Source of the DNA: a virus
Virus record (IMG/VR): IMGVR_UViG_3300047356_000838
Coordinates: 21,780 to 85,779 of that record
DNA: 64,000 nt
Reading direction: 5' to 3' (one strand)
Under the pieces are notes generated by a model, which worked only from the letters and a program-made list of their open reading frames with translations, was not told where the DNA came from and made no database searches. The stretch's first letter is position 1. Each line of letters opens with the position of its first letter. The position numbers and the translations under genes were made by a program. This document shows positions 40,201 to 49,349 of the stretch, one piece after another.

Positions 40201-40824
40201 TTGTGTACCCACTGCAGTTTTAAAGTCATAGATTGGTACAGTGCCAGGATTAAGTTTAAGTTGGTATTCTTCAATATTAATGCCGCCCACTGTTGTTTTT
40301 AAACTTGGGTTGCCAAACTGTTGTGTGTTTACCATACTTGCATTAAGCACTGTGGTAAACTGCTCTAAAAAGTCACTGTTAGTTGGATCGCCCCAGACAA
40401 TTTCTGTGTCACGAAGGCTGTTGCCATTTGCATCACTGATGTCCTCTGTGGTTTCCACACTTGAAATTTTTAGCAATCCGCGGGCAATCTGCTGACGCTT
40501 TGGATAATAGTTAAGCATGCGAGCTAGACGTAGTATGCTGTCTCTGCGTTCTGCTGTTTCTAGGAAGTTTTCTCTAGCATTTAAGTCTGCGCGGAAACTA
40601 AGGCTTTGCCCTAGAAATGCAATTAGATCAATCAGTGCAATATATTCACTTGATTCAATAAAGTCGTTGAAATCTTCTGGATAATAGTTACGCAAATAGT
40701 CAACCATGCTCTTACGAATGGTTTCATAATCGTAACTTTGAAAATCTGCTTCACGGAAGGTCTCGTAGACTTTCTTCCAATCTTCTGCAGCAAATAAGTT
40801 TGATTGTCTTGTACTAGCAGCCAT
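37234..40824 (-). CDS. gp6: Baseplate wedge subunit gp6-like
   Basis: DFQSYDYETIR, DFIESSEY..LIDLIAF, ENFLETAERRDS.LRLA, QDRMITGEDY; follows gp25. Confidence 0.85.
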   Translation of the reverse strand: MAASTRQSNLFAAEDWKKVYETFREADFQSYDYETIRKSMVDYLRNYYPEDFNDFIESSEYIALIDLIAFLGQSLSFRADLNARENFLETAERRDSILRLARMLNYYPKRQQIARGLLKISSVETTEDISDANGNSLRDTEIVWGDPTNSDFLEQFTTVLNASMVNTQQFGNPSLKTTVGGINIEEYQLKLNPGTVPIYDFKTAVGTQNLDFELVKGTYSGTDYLYEVAPQPSSTTNILYRNDNRGFSSANSGFFFYFKQGNLQSADFTIGEKLPNRTVELDVNNVDNNDVWLYQLDDSGRETTRWEKVPAISGNNVIYNSLSANNKNLFTVRSRANDQISLVFGDDVFSNIPTGNFRVYFRTGAGTTYKISPDEMQNLQIAIPYVSHSNQIENLTVTLSLQSTIANASARENLRDVKLKAQQQYYTQDRMITGEDYQILPYTKFSNVLKSKAINRTASGISRYLDVRDTTGKYSSTNIVAEDGIFYRTEDLQQFQFTFITDSDISNTISQQVEKNILKNESLHYYLKNYGGIDVTGLSASWNLATTSSGTVTGYFKNSVDSPLKIGSFATSNLKFAKVGALLKFTAPSGKVFDVNNNLITGTSGTINTRDYIWASISEVVTDGTNQGVGNLETGIGPVSLSEVIPQDAVLDQVIAPWNTAITASVRNDIIQAIGDFKTFGLRYDRDTQAWAIINALDLNTTNTFSLDYTGNTSNTNLDASWFFKFTNDGSTYTVNFRSTSYVFESKLETRFYFDNDLKIFDPRTGKTIKDKINILKVNALPDSVSSLAVDYAMQIDDVITETDGYTLTNRIKVTFPDIDSDGVVDNPEVFDIVVAPLTNASTKVVFYQTSISSGGYLTYTPVASTSVEQRYATRSSINEVIGQFTSGQIFYAGTDDKFYILSIDGANVKSIALTTDYIKRTGRSDLLFQYTHNSPNNRRIDPSPSNIVDLFLLTSQYDADYRNYVTDITGSIVKPVKPTTNELREQFGSLEQYKSVSDTIIFNSVSYRPLFGDKADEELQATFKVVKNNSTLVSDSEIKERVVAGINEYFAIQNWDFGDSFFFSELAAYLYSVLSPDVLSVVIVPKLATSNFGSLFQIQSQRDEILISSATVNDIEVIDVITANSLQASGNVVNTTTTNLAAESASANSSSTAVNTATNTVTTTTTSSSSSSSSSGSSGSGGSGGSGGGGGGYGY

Positions 40825-40850
40825 GTTTTAACATTCCTATTCTATTGCAG

Positions 40851-40858
40851 TATTTATT
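40851..40858 (-). promoter_or_regulatory. Late promoter-like (AATAAATA)
   Basis: Intergenic upstream of the gp6-like gene, with an AGGA SD. Confidence 0.5.
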
Positions 40859-40878
40859 TGCAGAATAAAGTATGTATA

Positions 40879-41256
40879 TTATATTGCTGCGTTATCCGGT
40901 CTGTCAAAACGTACACTTAGTTTTTCAACTTGATTATCCACTACATAGCGCAATACTATCTGTACCTGAAGTCCATTTTCGTACTCATCCAGTGTAACTT
41001 CTTCTGGGCGCACCCTAGGATCAGTTTGAATTACAGTGTTTACTTCTTCAACAATGAGTTGTTTTGTTTCTTCTGTAAGTGGATCCATGATTAAATCAAG
41101 CAAACTAGTGCCAAAGTTGCCGCGCATTAGTTTTTCACCTTTGCGAATAGCAAAATGATTAAGTAAATCTCTTTTTATAAGGTCAGTGTCAGTTAACTTT
41201 GGACTACCAAAGTCGTTGTTTATTGTACTAAATCCTTTGTATGTTGCTATTGCCAT
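40879..41256 (-). CDS. gp25: Baseplate wedge subunit gp25/GPW family
   Basis: DLLNHFAIRKGEKLM...FGT, DPRV. Confidence 0.9.
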   Translation of the reverse strand: MAIATYKGFSTINNDFGSPKLTDTDLIKRDLLNHFAIRKGEKLMRGNFGTSLLDLIMDPLTEETKQLIVEEVNTVIQTDPRVRPEEVTLDEYENGLQVQIVLRYVVDNQVEKLSVRFDRPDNAAI

Positions 41257-41257
41257 T

Positions 41258-44200
41258 TTATTTTCCTTTTAGTGCTGCGTCTGCTTGCGCCAGCAATGCT
41301 TTAATCTGTGCTTCCAGTGCTGCTTTTTGTGCTTTACTTAGTGTGCGTCTACCTGCCCACCACTGTGTGCGTAACTGTCTGGCTTGATCACGCAAGGCTT
41401 TGTAGGCTGCGTATCCACCCTGCTTTTTCTTACGCTCTAACTCTGCCTCTTTCTTTAATATAGATTTTTCTAGCTCACCCTTTTCTCGTTCTTTTGCTTG
41501 AGTTTCCTGAGCCTCCAATCCATATGGATCACTATTGTCAGTGTTGTCTACCAGTGGTTCAGCATTGAACGCATCAATATTTGCTTGTTCTTGTGCATCT
41601 GCTTCTGCAGTACTGTCTAGCAAATCATCAGTTGGTGTATAAACATTACCTGTTATAACTTCGCCGCCTGTGACAGGTTCTTCTTTAATTTTTCCAACAC
41701 GATCACTTGCTGCCGCACCAGTTTGCATACTTTGTTTAACTTTGCTTGCAACATCTTCGCCACTGGCAATGTTTGTGGTGTTAGGTAGTACGTTTTCAAT
41801 GCTTTGTGTGCCTTGTCTTACTTTTGCTGCTATCTCTGGTGTACTAACATTACTTGCAGTTAGCATACTTGTGATTTCTTTTTTGCCATCAGTTGCAGTA
41901 ATGCCGCCAATGTTCACTAGTTTCTGATAATCTGCAGCAACAACACCTTGTTGTATTTGTTCTTGTAATCCTGGGTTTCCTAGTAGTTTATTAAGACTAC
42001 TTGCTCCACCTTTGCCTGTCCATACGCTACTGTCTGCAAGTTGATCGTTAAACACTGCTTCTGGGCGAACAAACCCCTGTGATTGAAGTTGATCTACGTT
42101 AAAGCCAAACTTACCAACACTTTTTGTTGCACTATCAATAAACGCAGGATTGTTAGCACTACCAACTTGCTTAACAACTGCAGCATTTAGTCCTTGTACA
42201 TCAAAACTGTTCAGTGCGCCAACACTAAATCCTGTGTTTACTTGTTTGACCATATCTGTAATTGGGAATTTGTTTATGTTAGGCGCACTCAACACACTGC
42301 CCAAGTTATCTGGAATGCTTGGCACTACTTTGCTTAATCCGCCAGTAACACTGCTCAAATCAGGGAGTCCTGCGCCCAGTCCTCCTGCTAATCCTGTAAT
42401 TTTGCCGCTTGCGTCTGTTACAAGTTTACCAAAGTCTGCACCCTGCAGGGCTCCAGTTGCACCCGAAAGTTGACTTGTAAGATCGCCAACTGGTAAGTTA
42501 CTAGTAATACCGCTTAAACTTCCAGTAACACTGCTTATATCCAACCCGCCTGTGACTTGTCCTAGCACGCCGTCTGTTAATCCTCCTGGTAATGCCCCAC
42601 CTAGTCCACCTGGTATTGCACTTGTAAGTCCACCTGGTATTGCACTTGTAAGTCCACCTGGTATTGCACTTGTAAGTCCACCTAGTCCACCTGCTAATCC
42701 TCCCGATGCGCCTAATGCACTTGTGATTCCACCTGCTCCGCCTAATGCACTTGTGATTCCACCTGCTCCGCCTAATGCACTTGTGATTCCACCTGCTCCG
42801 CCTAATGCGCCCCCAAGTGCGCCAGGACTCAATCCCAAGCCACCTGCTCCGCCTGCAAGACCTGCTACAGGACCTAAGCCGCCTACAATACTAAATGCGC
42901 CACCTAAGCCACCACCGCCGCCAACAAGACCACCTGTGTAGGGACTTGTTGTATTCATTACACCGTGATAAGGAAAAGGTTCATGTGTTACAATTCTGTC
43001 CACAGTTGTTGTTACCATTTCCTCTTCATCAAGTATAAACTGATCCAAGTCAGGGAAATAGGTTGTATCTTCTTTTTGTAAATCACTTACTGGTTGGGCA
43101 ATCTTTGCTTTTGTACTAGGGCCTTGCAACAAAATTAGTGCTCCATTGATACTCATGTTTGCACTACTATTGATATAAGCACTGCTTGCTGCAGTTGCAA
43201 ACAGTTCGCTGCCACTATTAAGGTGTAGTCCTTTAGTTCCAGTAATGCCTGCTTCACCATCACTGGTTGCTACTAGTTGTTGCTTGCCCTGCAAATGCAT
43301 TTGTTTATCTGCAACAATTTGTGCAAATCCTTTAGCATGCATCTTAATATTTTCATCTGCATGAAAGTTAATGTTTGCACTGCGGAAGTTAATACTGTCC
43401 TGTGCATACACATCCATTGTGCCTTCATTGCTAAGTTCAATCCAGCAACTGCCATCACTGTTACCAACATAGACAACACCTTCAGTATCATTTAACAGTA
43501 TTTGATGACCTGTACTGGTACGCAAACGTATCTGATTACTGTTACCATCAATATCACCATCATCAAGTGCAATACTATGACCTTTGCGTCTTGCAGTAGG
43601 TCCTAGCAGTCCTTGTAATACTGTTTTATCAGCGGTGTCTGGATTTTTAAGTTGTGCGTTATAAGTTACAGTAAAGTCCTGGCCCAGTGATGTAATTCTA
43701 CGACCTTTACTTGCAATACCAATTATTTCTGTAGGTGACTCACGCATGTAACTACTGTTGTTAAGACCTCTTACACGGTCATCACTAAGTCCCTGCTTTA
43801 CCTGTATGTCCTGTGCAAAGAAATCTTCTGGGCGTGTTTGTGTGCGCCAGTTTGTAATCTTGCCTGTGTGATGTGTACCGGCAGGACTGTCATTAAATTC
43901 TCCTGCGGCTGCTCCATCGCTTATAGTTGCTTCAGGAAGTGTTTGCATCATATACAGGTCAGGCACACATGCAAAGTAATAGCCTTCACTTGCACGGCCT
44001 TCAGGAAAAAATGCCAGTACTTTTGTACCAATATCAGGCGGAGGTGTAGTAATACCTGCAGTCACTTTTGTACCAAAGTAGGTGTCACCTACACCACTGT
44101 TATCAACACGACTATAAAAAGGAGTACAATAGCGCACACTACGCCACTGTGTTTTATCAGTTTCATCAGTACTAAAAGTAGGGATCCAAACTTTAATTAC

Positions 44201-44338
44201 ACCCATGTGTGTTGGATGCACGTTTGCTTTAACAACGCCAGTAACAATACCGCGTTCTTCTCTGACACCTCTTAGTTGACTGGTATCATACCCACTATCA
44301 CCACCTTTGGCGCCTTGTTTTGAAATATCTACTGCCAT
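41258..44338 (-). CDS. Baseplate hub/central spike gp5/VgrG-like with Gly-rich linker
   Basis: OB-fold PPDIGTKVL, IRLRTSTGHQILLND, beta-helix segment, THEPF; located between the gp27-like and gp25 genes. Confidence 0.75.
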   Translation of the reverse strand: MAVDISKQGAKGGDSGYDTSQLRGVREERGIVTGVVKANVHPTHMGVIKVWIPTFSTDETDKTQWRSVRYCTPFYSRVDNSGVGDTYFGTKVTAGITTPPPDIGTKVLAFFPEGRASEGYYFACVPDLYMMQTLPEATISDGAAAGEFNDSPAGTHHTGKITNWRTQTRPEDFFAQDIQVKQGLSDDRVRGLNNSSYMRESPTEIIGIASKGRRITSLGQDFTVTYNAQLKNPDTADKTVLQGLLGPTARRKGHSIALDDGDIDGNSNQIRLRTSTGHQILLNDTEGVVYVGNSDGSCWIELSNEGTMDVYAQDSINFRSANINFHADENIKMHAKGFAQIVADKQMHLQGKQQLVATSDGEAGITGTKGLHLNSGSELFATAASSAYINSSANMSINGALILLQGPSTKAKIAQPVSDLQKEDTTYFPDLDQFILDEEEMVTTTVDRIVTHEPFPYHGVMNTTSPYTGGLVGGGGGLGGAFSIVGGLGPVAGLAGGAGGLGLSPGALGGALGGAGGITSALGGAGGITSALGGAGGITSALGASGGLAGGLGGLTSAIPGGLTSAIPGGLTSAIPGGLGGALPGGLTDGVLGQVTGGLDISSVTGSLSGITSNLPVGDLTSQLSGATGALQGADFGKLVTDASGKITGLAGGLGAGLPDLSSVTGGLSKVVPSIPDNLGSVLSAPNINKFPITDMVKQVNTGFSVGALNSFDVQGLNAAVVKQVGSANNPAFIDSATKSVGKFGFNVDQLQSQGFVRPEAVFNDQLADSSVWTGKGGASSLNKLLGNPGLQEQIQQGVVAADYQKLVNIGGITATDGKKEITSMLTASNVSTPEIAAKVRQGTQSIENVLPNTTNIASGEDVASKVKQSMQTGAAASDRVGKIKEEPVTGGEVITGNVYTPTDDLLDSTAEADAQEQANIDAFNAEPLVDNTDNSDPYGLEAQETQAKEREKGELEKSILKKEAELERKKKQGGYAAYKALRDQARQLRTQWWAGRRTLSKAQKAALEAQIKALLAQADAALKGK
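42603..42683. repeat. Perfect 24-bp tandem repeat x3.4 (encodes GGLTSAIP)
   Basis: AGTCCACCTGGTATTGCACTTGTA at 42603, 42627 and 42651. Confidence 0.95.
42709..42808. repeat. Perfect 30-bp tandem repeat x3.3 (encodes GGAGGITSAL)
   Basis: CGCCTAATGCACTTGTGATTCCACCTGCTC at 42709, 42739 and 42769. Confidence 0.95.
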
Positions 44339-44339
44339 G

Positions 44340-47336
44340 TTATATTGTCTCTACATCTTGATTAACTAATGAGTTTCCTGTTGTAACTCTAACTGGTGTT
44401 GGTGTTGGTGTAAACGTTGGTGGCTCTGATTTAAAGAAACTTGCAGGTGGAGTCCAGTCGCTGCTTATATCTGCATTTACATCCGGAATAGTTTGTACTG
44501 ACTCATCAGGACCTCTAGCAATTGCTGCAGTTCTTTCATTGTTTACTGTTGCACTAGAATATGCAGGCGGGCTTGTGTCAAATTCGCCTGCTAGATCACC
44601 GCCTGAATAATCGTTTGCTACACTTTGCGCAAAGTCCTCTTTTACTGTTGCTTGCTGTTTAGTTATGCCTGTTGATTCGCCCTCTACTTCAACTGCTTCT
44701 TCCTTAACAAGTTCTTTACGTTCTTTACCTTCAACATCTGTTTTATCTCTTGCAACACCGTCTTTGGTAGGCTGCAATGGAGCTCGTACACCTGTGAGTT
44801 TCTGCTGGAATTGTCCACCTGCAAACGTACTTGAGATTTGTGTTATTTTATAAATGCCGCTAAAACTACTGTTTGTTGTTGCAGTAACATCTGCTAGTCC
44901 TGTTGTATCATCATAATCCACAGGAGTTCTCAAATTAACTTGACAGAATGGCATGCTTAGTTCGTAGTTAATTGTTCCATCAGGCATATAAGCACTTGTG
45001 TATTGTTGTCCTTTTCTTATCTTATCTTGCCAGTAAGCATCACTAGTAGGAATAAAACTTGGATCACCAACAATTCTCATGTCCAGAGCTATCATGTCAA
45101 CACCGTCACTCATTACACTACTAAACAAATCTTTTGCTCGGGCTCTGGTTACGCCGTCCTGTCCATTTGTACTGTTTCCTTCTGCACTTAGTGGCTGTTC
45201 TTTTACTAGTGGACTGAAGTCATTTTTTGCACTCTTATCACGAAACGGTGAACCAGTGCCTGCTGTCATAACCTGCATGAACGCTGTTTTAAAATCTAAT
45301 TTAAAGTCCAGCACTTCTGTGTTTCTACCGCTAAAGATGTAGTCATATATTTTGTGATAGCCTAGACCTTTTGGCTTGCTCTTGGGCGCCCAGGGAAAAT
45401 CATGATAATAAATTACACTGGGTTCTACAACATATTCAACGTGATATTTATATCTTCCGTCTTTGCCGTCAAATCCTTTACCGTCACCTTCAGCACTAAT
45501 AATAACAGGTTTAATTTTAAACCACTTGATACCTTTGCCTTCACTAACTCCTTTTGATGAGACTTCGTCAATGTTTTTATCCATGTAATCACTGTGCATG
45601 ATTACAAGGTTTAACAGTTTAGTTACATCAGTACCAGCATTTATTTTAAACGTTTTCTTATCTTTGTCAAGACTTATTCCACCGCCGAAACTTGCAGCAT
45701 ATGCCTGGAACTGACTTTTGTTTGCTTTGCCGTCATCTTTTTTCTGTCCAGTGGGTGCAGGTGTATCCAGTGCATCAAATATGGCTTCTACATTTAGTTT
45801 TGCATTTGCTATTTGACTAGCAATTTTAAAACTGTAAGTATCATAACCTTCTGCTGCCGCTGGTATTTCTGTTTGTTCGTAGCCGCCACTGTTACCTGGA
45901 GGCCCAGTTACTTCTTTGGCCTTCCTAAACGTAGGCTTTGTGCGCTTTTTTTGATTTTCTGTTAGTACTTCTGCTAGTGTTTTAAAACTATCACCGTATT
46001 TTTCTACAGTTTTCTTTTGTACTGATTCTTCTTGCCCGCCTGGTCCTGAAGTGACTCTAACATCTTCTGTAGTTTTTACAATTTCGTTGCCGCCACTGTT
46101 AAAAATATCACCAATTGTAGTTGCACTAAGTTCCATGTTCATTGGTATTGTACTGTTAATTTGTCCAAACAAACTGTGTGCATAGGGGATTGCTTTAACT
46201 TTATACTCTGTACCCATGCTAGTAACTTCAAATTTAATGTCGGTAATTTTAATAGGAATATACTTGGGCTTGCTGGGTGCCATCATTGGTTGCCCAAGAT
46301 CATCATAGCCTCTAAATTTTATTTCAAGCAAATAAGGAGCATGTATGTATTTTTCTTTGGTACTCACTAGTGTAGTTGCTGCAGCATCGCGTAGTTTTTC
46401 TATCAAGCTCACGCCACGCGGTTCATGAATTGTAAATGAAACATCAGTTACGTTTGTGTTCTGTTTTCTCTTACTAGGGCCAATTGCAACATTGGTTAAT
46501 TCTAGATTATCAATATAAAAATCGTTGAAAAATCCTAGTTCTCTTTCCAGTGCATTTTCTGGTTGCGTACCACTTCCACCATCACGCATCAATAACAAAC
46601 TGTCATCCAGTACTTCACGTGGACTGTTAGGTTTAGTCAACAGGTTTACATAACTTTTACTGTTTAGCATATATAGTGCAATTTGATAGGTGTAACTACT
46701 AAAAACATTAAGTTCATTAGGCTTGGGTTCGATTTTAATTTCATTAAGGTCTGCATCAAACACGCCAGTACTAGCATTTATGCTTTTTGCATCCTTGGGA
46801 TTGCTTACTTCAGTAACACTTTTTGGATCTGCGTTTAACCCCTCAGGTGCACCTGTCTCGCTGTCATCATCGCTTGTAAATCCTGCTGATGTTGTGCCGC
46901 CAAAGTCGTCATCGCCTTCCATGCCAGGAATTTCTTCTGGTGGGTCTGTTGTAACTTTTTTATAAGGATAACTTGTTTGTCCTGCAGGCTCTACATCTGC
47001 ATAGTTTTCAGCGTAATCATTTAGACCGTCATCAACAGCAACATCGCTCCAGTCAATCTTTGCAGCATCTGTAACTGGTGTTGCTTGAGGAATAGTAATA
47101 GGATTTGGATCAGGTTGTTCTACTAAACTGCGATCTTCAGGAGCAGGATTGTTTGGAACATACCTTCCACTGCCTACTTTACTGGTAAGTGTACCATCAT
47201 CAGCGACGTTGTATTGACTAACAATGTTAAAGTAACTATTAGTATCAAGGCTTTGGAGTTCGTCTCCATCAATATTCTTACCTTGAAAACTGTCTACATA
47301 TTGTTTTTGATTAGGATTTACTCTGTTAACAGCCAT
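44340..47336 (-). CDS. Baseplate hub protein (gp27/phage late control D-like) with acidic disordered termini
   Basis: FTIHEPRG, PYLLEIKF.GY, MRIVGDP, FSGIYKITQISSTF.GGQFQQ.L; positioned upstream of the gp5-like gene. Confidence 0.65.
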   Translation of the reverse strand: MAVNRVNPNQKQYVDSFQGKNIDGDELQSLDTNSYFNIVSQYNVADDGTLTSKVGSGRYVPNNPAPEDRSLVEQPDPNPITIPQATPVTDAAKIDWSDVAVDDGLNDYAENYADVEPAGQTSYPYKKVTTDPPEEIPGMEGDDDFGGTTSAGFTSDDDSETGAPEGLNADPKSVTEVSNPKDAKSINASTGVFDADLNEIKIEPKPNELNVFSSYTYQIALYMLNSKSYVNLLTKPNSPREVLDDSLLLMRDGGSGTQPENALERELGFFNDFYIDNLELTNVAIGPSKRKQNTNVTDVSFTIHEPRGVSLIEKLRDAAATTLVSTKEKYIHAPYLLEIKFRGYDDLGQPMMAPSKPKYIPIKITDIKFEVTSMGTEYKVKAIPYAHSLFGQINSTIPMNMELSATTIGDIFNSGGNEIVKTTEDVRVTSGPGGQEESVQKKTVEKYGDSFKTLAEVLTENQKKRTKPTFRKAKEVTGPPGNSGGYEQTEIPAAAEGYDTYSFKIASQIANAKLNVEAIFDALDTPAPTGQKKDDGKANKSQFQAYAASFGGGISLDKDKKTFKINAGTDVTKLLNLVIMHSDYMDKNIDEVSSKGVSEGKGIKWFKIKPVIISAEGDGKGFDGKDGRYKYHVEYVVEPSVIYYHDFPWAPKSKPKGLGYHKIYDYIFSGRNTEVLDFKLDFKTAFMQVMTAGTGSPFRDKSAKNDFSPLVKEQPLSAEGNSTNGQDGVTRARAKDLFSSVMSDGVDMIALDMRIVGDPSFIPTSDAYWQDKIRKGQQYTSAYMPDGTINYELSMPFCQVNLRTPVDYDDTTGLADVTATTNSSFSGIYKITQISSTFAGGQFQQKLTGVRAPLQPTKDGVARDKTDVEGKERKELVKEEAVEVEGESTGITKQQATVKEDFAQSVANDYSGGDLAGEFDTSPPAYSSATVNNERTAAIARGPDESVQTIPDVNADISSDWTPPASFFKSEPPTFTPTPTPVRVTTGNSLVNQDVETI

Positions 47337-47337
47337 G

Positions 47338-47640
47338 TTAGATTCCCAATGTCTGTTCTATTCTATCCTTTTTAGGAATGTAAAATCTTATACCAGCACG
47401 GAAGTCCCAGATAGGATCTTCAAATGCATTAGGATTTCTACTCTGAAAAACCCACCATAGATTTGAATTTTTATACAAGTCAAACGCTAATAGGTCAGGT
47501 CTATACTGATGCACCCGTGTAAGTGTATGTAGTACATCGTCTTTTGCTGGACGAATAAAGCGCGGTGTTAGTATATCAGTGTAGTAACTATATTGCTGTG
47601 TATCAGCATATGGGCTATCACTGCGATATTCTACTGCCAT
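47338..47640 (-). CDS. gp53: Baseplate wedge gp53/LysM-like
   Basis: YRPDLLAFDLY....LWWVF...N...IP motif. Confidence 0.8.
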   Translation of the reverse strand: MAVEYRSDSPYADTQQYSYYTDILTPRFIRPAKDDVLHTLTRVHQYRPDLLAFDLYKNSNLWWVFQSRNPNAFEDPIWDFRAGIRFYIPKKDRIEQTLGI

Positions 47641-48458
47641 TATAGAAATCCTCCTGTGCCATTGCTACTACCAATTAAGTTGCCTCTTGCAAAATTATCC
47701 AAACTAAAGTTGCCAATTTGATTCTTGCTATAGATTGGAAGTAGATTAAGAGTCATTGCCAGGTAACTTGGAACAAGTGTTCCTCTGCCAGGTACTTCAA
47801 TATAATCTCTGTCAGCAGGCATAATTTCTGCAAAGTTTTGCAGCACACATGGAACACTGTTGTAGTTTAGTGAACCGTGTCCACTTAATCTCAACACAGG
47901 CGGTGGTGTACCTGCTAGTCTATCATTGCCAAAAAACATTTTATAAGCACTGCGTAGGAAGTGTAACACTGCCAGTACATAAGTTGCCTCATCTGGATCA
48001 TTTGCTGTAAAATAACCATCAACTGTGATGCTATCTACACTACTTGCATTATAACTATGCTGCATATGATTGCTGTGTGTTGGATGAACTGCAGCATATT
48101 GCGCACTGTGACTTACACTGATTGTTGGCGTATAAGGAAATAATATTCCACCTGTGCCAACCAGTGGAGCAAGAATACTATTACTTGGATCTTTGTACAG
48201 CATTGGTCCACTAGCAGGTGCTAGTGCTAGTCTAACTCTGTTGTCAGTTTGTGCAAATTGTGCTGTAAAATCACCACCAAAACTAGGTATATTTGCTCCA
48301 GCAAAGTTTAATCCAGCCTGAAACAGTCTATTAGCACTTGGATCTAGATTAGCAGTTATTGCTTTACCCGCAACGCTTTGTATCTGAGAACCTACTTCTT
48401 TTGTAAAGTTCTCTGGATTCTTAGCGAATTTAGATCCTATATCAAAAAGTGATGCCAT
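47640..48458 (-). CDS. Tail tube initiator/baseplate gp48/gp54-like
   Basis: FPYTPTI, HFLRS, GTPPPVLRLSG, VPCV; upstream of gp53. Confidence 0.65.
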   Translation of the reverse strand: MASLFDIGSKFAKNPENFTKEVGSQIQSVAGKAITANLDPSANRLFQAGLNFAGANIPSFGGDFTAQFAQTDNRVRLALAPASGPMLYKDPSNSILAPLVGTGGILFPYTPTISVSHSAQYAAVHPTHSNHMQHSYNASSVDSITVDGYFTANDPDEATYVLAVLHFLRSAYKMFFGNDRLAGTPPPVLRLSGHGSLNYNSVPCVLQNFAEIMPADRDYIEVPGRGTLVPSYLAMTLNLLPIYSKNQIGNFSLDNFARGNLIGSSNGTGGFL

Positions 48459-48479
48459 TTAAAAAATCCTTTTTTTATC

Positions 48480-48509
48480 TTGCATAAGTATATTTATAGG
48501 CTGTATAAT
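48480..48509 (+). promoter_or_regulatory. sigma70-like promoter TTGCAT-N18-TATAAT for the late sigma gene
   Basis: TTGCAT 48480-48485, TATAAT 48504-48509, AAAGGA SD before the ATG at 48537. Confidence 0.6.
48491..48498 (-). promoter_or_regulatory. T4 late promoter TATAAATA driving the baseplate operon
   Basis: Exact T4 late consensus ~33 nt upstream of the ATG at 48458. Confidence 0.75.
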
Positions 48510-48536
48510 ATACGCATATAAAAGGAATCACATTAC

Positions 48537-49349
48537 ATGATCAAAAGGAAAAATTATCTCAACAATCGCGATTTGTTGAAAGAAATTCATTTATCTAAGA
48601 ACACTTACAGTAGTTTTGTTACAGAAGGCGATGATGTTTATGACATTATCCTGCCAAATGTAGAAAAAATTAACATTCGCACAATTGCACAAGCCAAGCG
48701 TAATCAGGCTGATCGCATGCAAAAGCAAGCATATGAGGCTGCTCGTGCTGAAGGACAAAAAGTTAAACAAGCAGACTTTGTTGTGGATTGGAAAAAAATT
48801 GACAAGCAAGATGTTATATTCCGTGTTATGACACATGATCACATCCCACTGCATCCTGGACGTAAAAAGAATCCTAAGACTGTTGCAGACCATCATGTTC
48901 AGTGCAACTTTCCTCCTTTTCAACACTTTAAACTAGACGACGACGATGTTGCAGTTTGTGTTGGTAAGAGTCACTGGGAAGGTGGACTAGAGAATGGTAA
49001 CTTCAGCAAAGCACATGGACGCACTACCAACAAACTTGCTAGAATGTATATGAAACTGTGCGAACGTTACGGTACACGTTCAAACTGGCGTGGATATACA
49101 TACAATGATGAAATGCGTAGCCAAGCACTGTTACAGCTCACACAGATTGGTCTACAGTTTGATGAAAGCAAAAGTGAGAATCCATTTGCTTACTACACTG
49201 CAGCAATTACAAACAGTTTCACAAGAGTGCTAAACTTGGAAAAGAAAAATCAGAGCATCCGTGATGATATCCTCGAAAGTGCTGGACTGAACCCAAGTTA
49301 CACTAGACAAACTGAAAACGAACTAGCAAAGAGTTCAGATCCTATCTAA
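48537..49349 (+). CDS. gp55: Late transcription sigma factor, T4 gp55-like
   Basis: NYLNNRDLL, NWRGYTYNDEM, FDESKSENPFAYYT; canonical position upstream of gp47/gp46. Confidence 0.85.
   Translation: MIKRKNYLNNRDLLKEIHLSKNTYSSFVTEGDDVYDIILPNVEKINIRTIAQAKRNQADRMQKQAYEAARAEGQKVKQADFVVDWKKIDKQDVIFRVMTHDHIPLHPGRKKNPKTVADHHVQCNFPPFQHFKLDDDDVAVCVGKSHWEGGLENGNFSKAHGRTTNKLARMYMKLCERYGTRSNWRGYTYNDEMRSQALLQLTQIGLQFDESKSENPFAYYTAAITNSFTRVLNLEKKNQSIRDDILESAGLNPSYTRQTENELAKSSDPI

Noticed and set aside
42603-42808. CRISPR array
   Set aside because: Repeats are head-to-tail without unique spacers and are in-frame coding repeats.
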